A stretch of 63,556 nucleotides of DNA, filler included, from Rhabdomonas costata (lineage: Eukaryota), in the NCBI GenBank assembly GCA_019059605.1. It is 41 parts of 41 records of this genome, joined end to end, with 100 filler letters (N's around TTAATTAATTAA, not from the genome) between each part and the next. Parts side by side here need not be neighbours in the genome. Positions count along the whole stretch, not along the records: positions 59,006 to 60,457 come from JAHMHO010015577.1; positions 60,558 to 62,009 come from JAHMHO010015578.1; positions 62,110 to 63,556 come from JAHMHO010015579.1; 38 more parts are not named here. One strand, written 5' to 3'. Each line of letters begins with the position of its first letter. The first letter of the stretch is position 1. Of the stretch, positions 60,226 through 63,556 are shown one piece after another. The position numbers were made by a program, and so were the translations under genes. Below the pieces are notes generated by a model. It was not told where the DNA came from. It searched no databases and saw only the letters and a program-made list of their open reading frames with translations.

Positions 60226-60922
60226 CTGGCAGTATCCAAAACAGACTTTGTCCTTCACACCCAGCTCACTGTGGATGTGCGTGGTAGGTGGAGTGCCCGC
60301 AACGCGAGGCAACATGGGCATAGAGTGGCATCTGCAGAAACGTGTGCAAGGGCAGAAATGTTATGAGCACAGCGCTCCCCATTTTCGAGGGAATGCTGGC
60401 TCAATCACAACCTTCAGGTGGGAACAGGCCCCCATCGTTGCGGATGAACTCACCACANNNNNNNNNNNNNNNNNNNNNNNNNNNNNNNNNNNNNNNNNNN
60501 NTTAATTAATTAANNNNNNNNNNNNNNNNNNNNNNNNNNNNNNNNNNNNNNNNNNNNGTGGTGGGTGTATTTGGTGTGGGTCGGAAGGAGAGAGATTCTG
60601 AGAAATTCAGTGACTTGCTGAAAGGGGAAATTCCCTTAAGCCTCCAGGGTTGGACCGTTGTCATCTTCGCGTGTGGCTCACTTTCACCCTCAAAACATCA
60701 TGGGTCATCGCTGAAAGTCCAAGAAAAGCACGGAAAGAGAACAAATGTCATGAGCGCACATGCAATCCGATTTCTCACCACCATTAATATGACCGATCTG
60801 GTGTGCACTGTTTGAGTTGTGCCGTGTTGAGGTGACCCTGTCAACATCAGAGTACCGTTTGTTCAACTTACTTTACAACTTTTAGCATTATCCTTTTTGT
60901 ACTTCCGGTTTTTTTACGAAGT

Positions 60923-61933
60923 ATGTGGCGGTGTGCAGTTCTTCTCTGCCTATTGCTTCAAGGGGAAGTTCTCGGCCACCGGTCTGGCCACAGCTCTGGC
61001 CATTTCTTCAGCGCAGCCCACCAGGGCGGCGGCTTTGGGCGCCTGCGTGGTCTCCCCAGCGGCTCCGCTCTCAGGGTAACGGCACCACACCGCGCTGTCG
61101 ACGGGGACACCATTCGCATGGCAGGCGGCGAGCGCATCCGAATCCGCAATGTAGATGCTCCCGAGCTCTACGAGCGTGGCGGGCAGGTTGGCAGTGGATT
61201 CGTCACTCTTCAGTGACATTCCTGCTTTGGTGTTGGGCGTGCTCCTTATCTCTCACTTCACTTGACGTGAGGGATTTCCTTGGGGTAGTGAGTTCATATC
61301 TTCTTCCCAGTTTGTTCGCTGAGAGAATGAGATAACTCCAAGTCTTCACATGGCGACACAGCATATCGAGCAAGAAATAATGTCCAAGCAAGAGTGCTTT
61401 AGGTTTCCCAGCACCACAGTGGCCTCTATTCTCTCCCTTTTCCTTCAAGTTTTCTTCGCAAAGCGACCAGCGACACTTTGTTTCACTCGATTCTACTGAT
61501 CTTTGCACCTCGCCTTCCTTAACCAATGCTTTGTGTCTGTGCTGAATTCGGACACGTGTAAACCCTCACCAGATTTGAAGTGGGTGCCTTTGTTTTGTTT
61601 TTATATTGTTAACTTTGGTTGGGTAAAAATTCATTGTTTTGGGCCCTAAGAGGGACTCACTCCTCCTGCGTTTATGAGTGCCGTACAAGAATTGAAAAAT
61701 ACCAACCTGAAATCTGATGTCGATCGGGTGTGTTGCCGTTTATGGGCCTGTATGGTCGCCTCCAGGCCGCGCAGACCGCCTTGCAGAGTGCCCTGAACCG
61801 AGGCCAGATTGACGTGGAACGACGTGGGCGAGACATCTACGGCCGCACCGTGGCCATCGTCCGCGATGTTAGTGGCACCGATATCGGCCAGGAGCTCATT
61901 AATGGTGGTCATGGGACTCCCCACGGAAATTAA
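60923..61933 (+). CDS. Secreted staphylococcal nuclease (SNase/thermonuclease)-like protein, complete two-exon gene, 143 aa
   Basis: Exons 60923-61186 and 61766-61933 with a phase-0 GT-AG intron. Signal peptide MWRCAVLLCLLLQGEVLG, then RAVDGDTI, ERIRIRNVDAPEL, GQ|AAQTAL, RDIYGRTVA and DIGQELINGGHG. Confidence 0.9.
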
Positions 61934-62850
61934 ATACATGGTGGGAAAAACCGAGTGCTGCTACCGTTTGCACAGTATCCTCCTTCCCCCGTGAATAACC
62001 CCCCCACCCNNNNNNNNNNNNNNNNNNNNNNNNNNNNNNNNNNNNNNNNNNNNTTAATTAATTAANNNNNNNNNNNNNNNNNNNNNNNNNNNNNNNNNNN
62101 NNNNNNNNNGTGGTTGCGACAGCGTGTGGTCTTCCGATGCTGAAATCGACTCAATTAATGGCAACAAATGCCCAGTGTCATAGTAAACGAAGTAAACTAA
62201 AATGGACAGGCGATGTGTCTCTCGCAGAGAATGCGCTGCATTAATGCAATTCTTCAATTTTTGAATTTTTTTTGAGGCTAAAGCTCAAAAGCGGAGGGGG
62301 AAACGGGGAAATGTGATTTGGTGGTAAACCAGGCGGGGTGTGCTAATTGGGTACAGTGCTTAATATAATAATAATGTTATCGTGGATAGAGAATCCTAGA
62401 TGGGTTTTTTGTAGCTTAAATAGAATCTCCATGTACATGATATATGATATATGACATACATGGTATATGTTGTTCAGAATGCTGTGGATTAAGGTTTTCG
62501 TGTGCAAGCTCGTGAACTTCAGTGGATAGACCAGCCGGGGCTCTATCCTCTGCATCAATGTGTCCGCATAAGGGAATCTTTTTTATGAATTTCATCATTC
62601 CACGGATGGTACGCTGATAGCCACACCCACTACATTACCTCGGTGAAGCTCATTTCCATCGTTGATGGCTCATCTCAGTTGACTGATACGTTGTTGGGGC
62701 ACACGTGCGGATGTCATCGAATTCATGGCAATGCAAGGAAAGCACCCATTAACGGTTGTCTCTCCAGGAGTGGTGTGGGATACCTTTTATGTTTGGCTGT
62801 GTCGGGATGCGGGGTGTTGCTTGACGGCTTTGTGCCCCTCTCGCGTTCCC

Positions 62851-63010
62851 ATGAATGACTCTACCGTTGTTTCCATCGTGGTGGTCGTGGTGTGCGTCCC
62901 CGTTCTTGTGCTGCTGTGTGTCTTGTTCACGGTATACTACCATCGCCGCAAACGGAGCGGGACCCTACAAACCCGGCAATGGGCCAGCGTCCATACTGTC
63001 AGCGGCCGAG
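62851..63010 (+). CDS. Exon with a single transmembrane helix followed by a basic stop-transfer motif
   Basis: MNDSTVVSIVVVVVCVPVLVLLCVLFTVYYHRRKRSG..., ending at GTGAG. Confidence 0.5.
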
Positions 63011-63556
63011 GTGAGCCTGTCAGCTGGGGCAGAGGTGGCCCGCCTCACATGTCCCCTGCGTGGATCGCCGCTGCGCGCCTGACGCCCGCTCCGCCTTCGC
63101 CCCCGCCCTCTCCGAGGTGCGCCCCCCTGTCTTGGTTTTAAAACACCTCAACTTTGTTCAGGCGATATCCCTGTCTGCTGGCGAAGACGTGCGTGGCTCT
63201 GATGCAGATACAGAGGCGGAGGGTGGGGGGTAATTATTTTGCATTCGAGTGACAGTTTAGGGAGCATGCATGTGATTTCGGTGATTAAGTGAGGGATAGA
63301 GGTGAGTTTGAGTGGTGTCATGCCCGTCCGTTACGCACACCCGCAGACACGTGGGGCATTTTCCACGATACAGATGTCAATGGTTTTTTGGGGACTGCAG
63401 GCAGGAAGTGCCTTTCCTGCTCCTTTCGGCGTGGGTGGTTTGTGTATAAAAAAAAAAGAAGAATACGATGTGAGTGCTGTCGTAAGCGGCACAAAAGGAT
63501 ACGCAAGAGCCGCCAAGGGGCACTACAACCAGCCGAAGGTGAAAGGTGAGGATACC

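Noticed and set aside
3106-61933. Euglenid non-conventional (non-GT-AG, stem-forming) introns
   Set aside because: I looked for them, but every junction constrained by protein similarity could be explained by GT-AG or GC-AG. Unresolved junctions (e.g. ~1950, ~21459) lack evidence either way.
1455-62109. Regularly spaced TTAATTAATTAA palindrome as a CRISPR-like or regulatory repeat
   Set aside because: It is always embedded in N-runs of constant length. It is an all-frame-stop linker used to concatenate contigs.
1-63556. Treating neighbouring genes (e.g. MASE3, PKA-R, nuclease, retroelements) as a cluster or operon
   Set aside because: Each sits on a separate ~1.45-kb contig, apparently ordered by length, so adjacency is artificial.

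Overview
This is not one contiguous locus. It is a concatenation of 41 unrelated ~1.45-kb contigs joined by 40 identical artificial spacers (N-run + TTAATTAATTAA + N-run), so gene order across spacers means nothing. The DNA comes from an intron-rich flagellated eukaryote, most likely a euglenozoan and probably a euglenid. Evidence for this: short GC-rich exons, relaxed GT donors (GTGTG/GTGCG/GTACG), some GC-AG introns, a TTAGGG repeat and an RRTTV-type PKA regulatory subunit. The G/T-only 5' ends, A/C-only 3' ends and fold-back hairpins near contig ends point to whole-genome amplification. Splicing exons by hand gives fragments of ZMYND10, DYNC2H1, a CHD-type SNF2 helicase, a CTD-phosphatase-like HAD protein, a USP47-like deubiquitinase, GRASP, PKA-R, an NDUFB8-like subunit, a papain-family protease, a TMEM184-like protein, and GAR, LRR, ankyrin, kelch and beta-helix proteins. 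The most interesting items are (i) an intron-containing, prokaryote-type MASE3 membrane sensor domain, (ii) a complete, secreted, bacterial-type staphylococcal-nuclease gene with a spliceosomal intron, (iii) an AT-rich contig resembling decayed giant-virus (NCLDV) DNA, (iv) a collapsed 1327-bp tandem array of symmetric six-cysteine exons, (v) decayed Penelope-like and CRE-like retroelements, and (vi) a PKDCC/POMK-like kinase fragment. All family calls come from motif recognition by eye, with no database search. No multi-gene system can be demonstrated because the contigs are short and unlinked.
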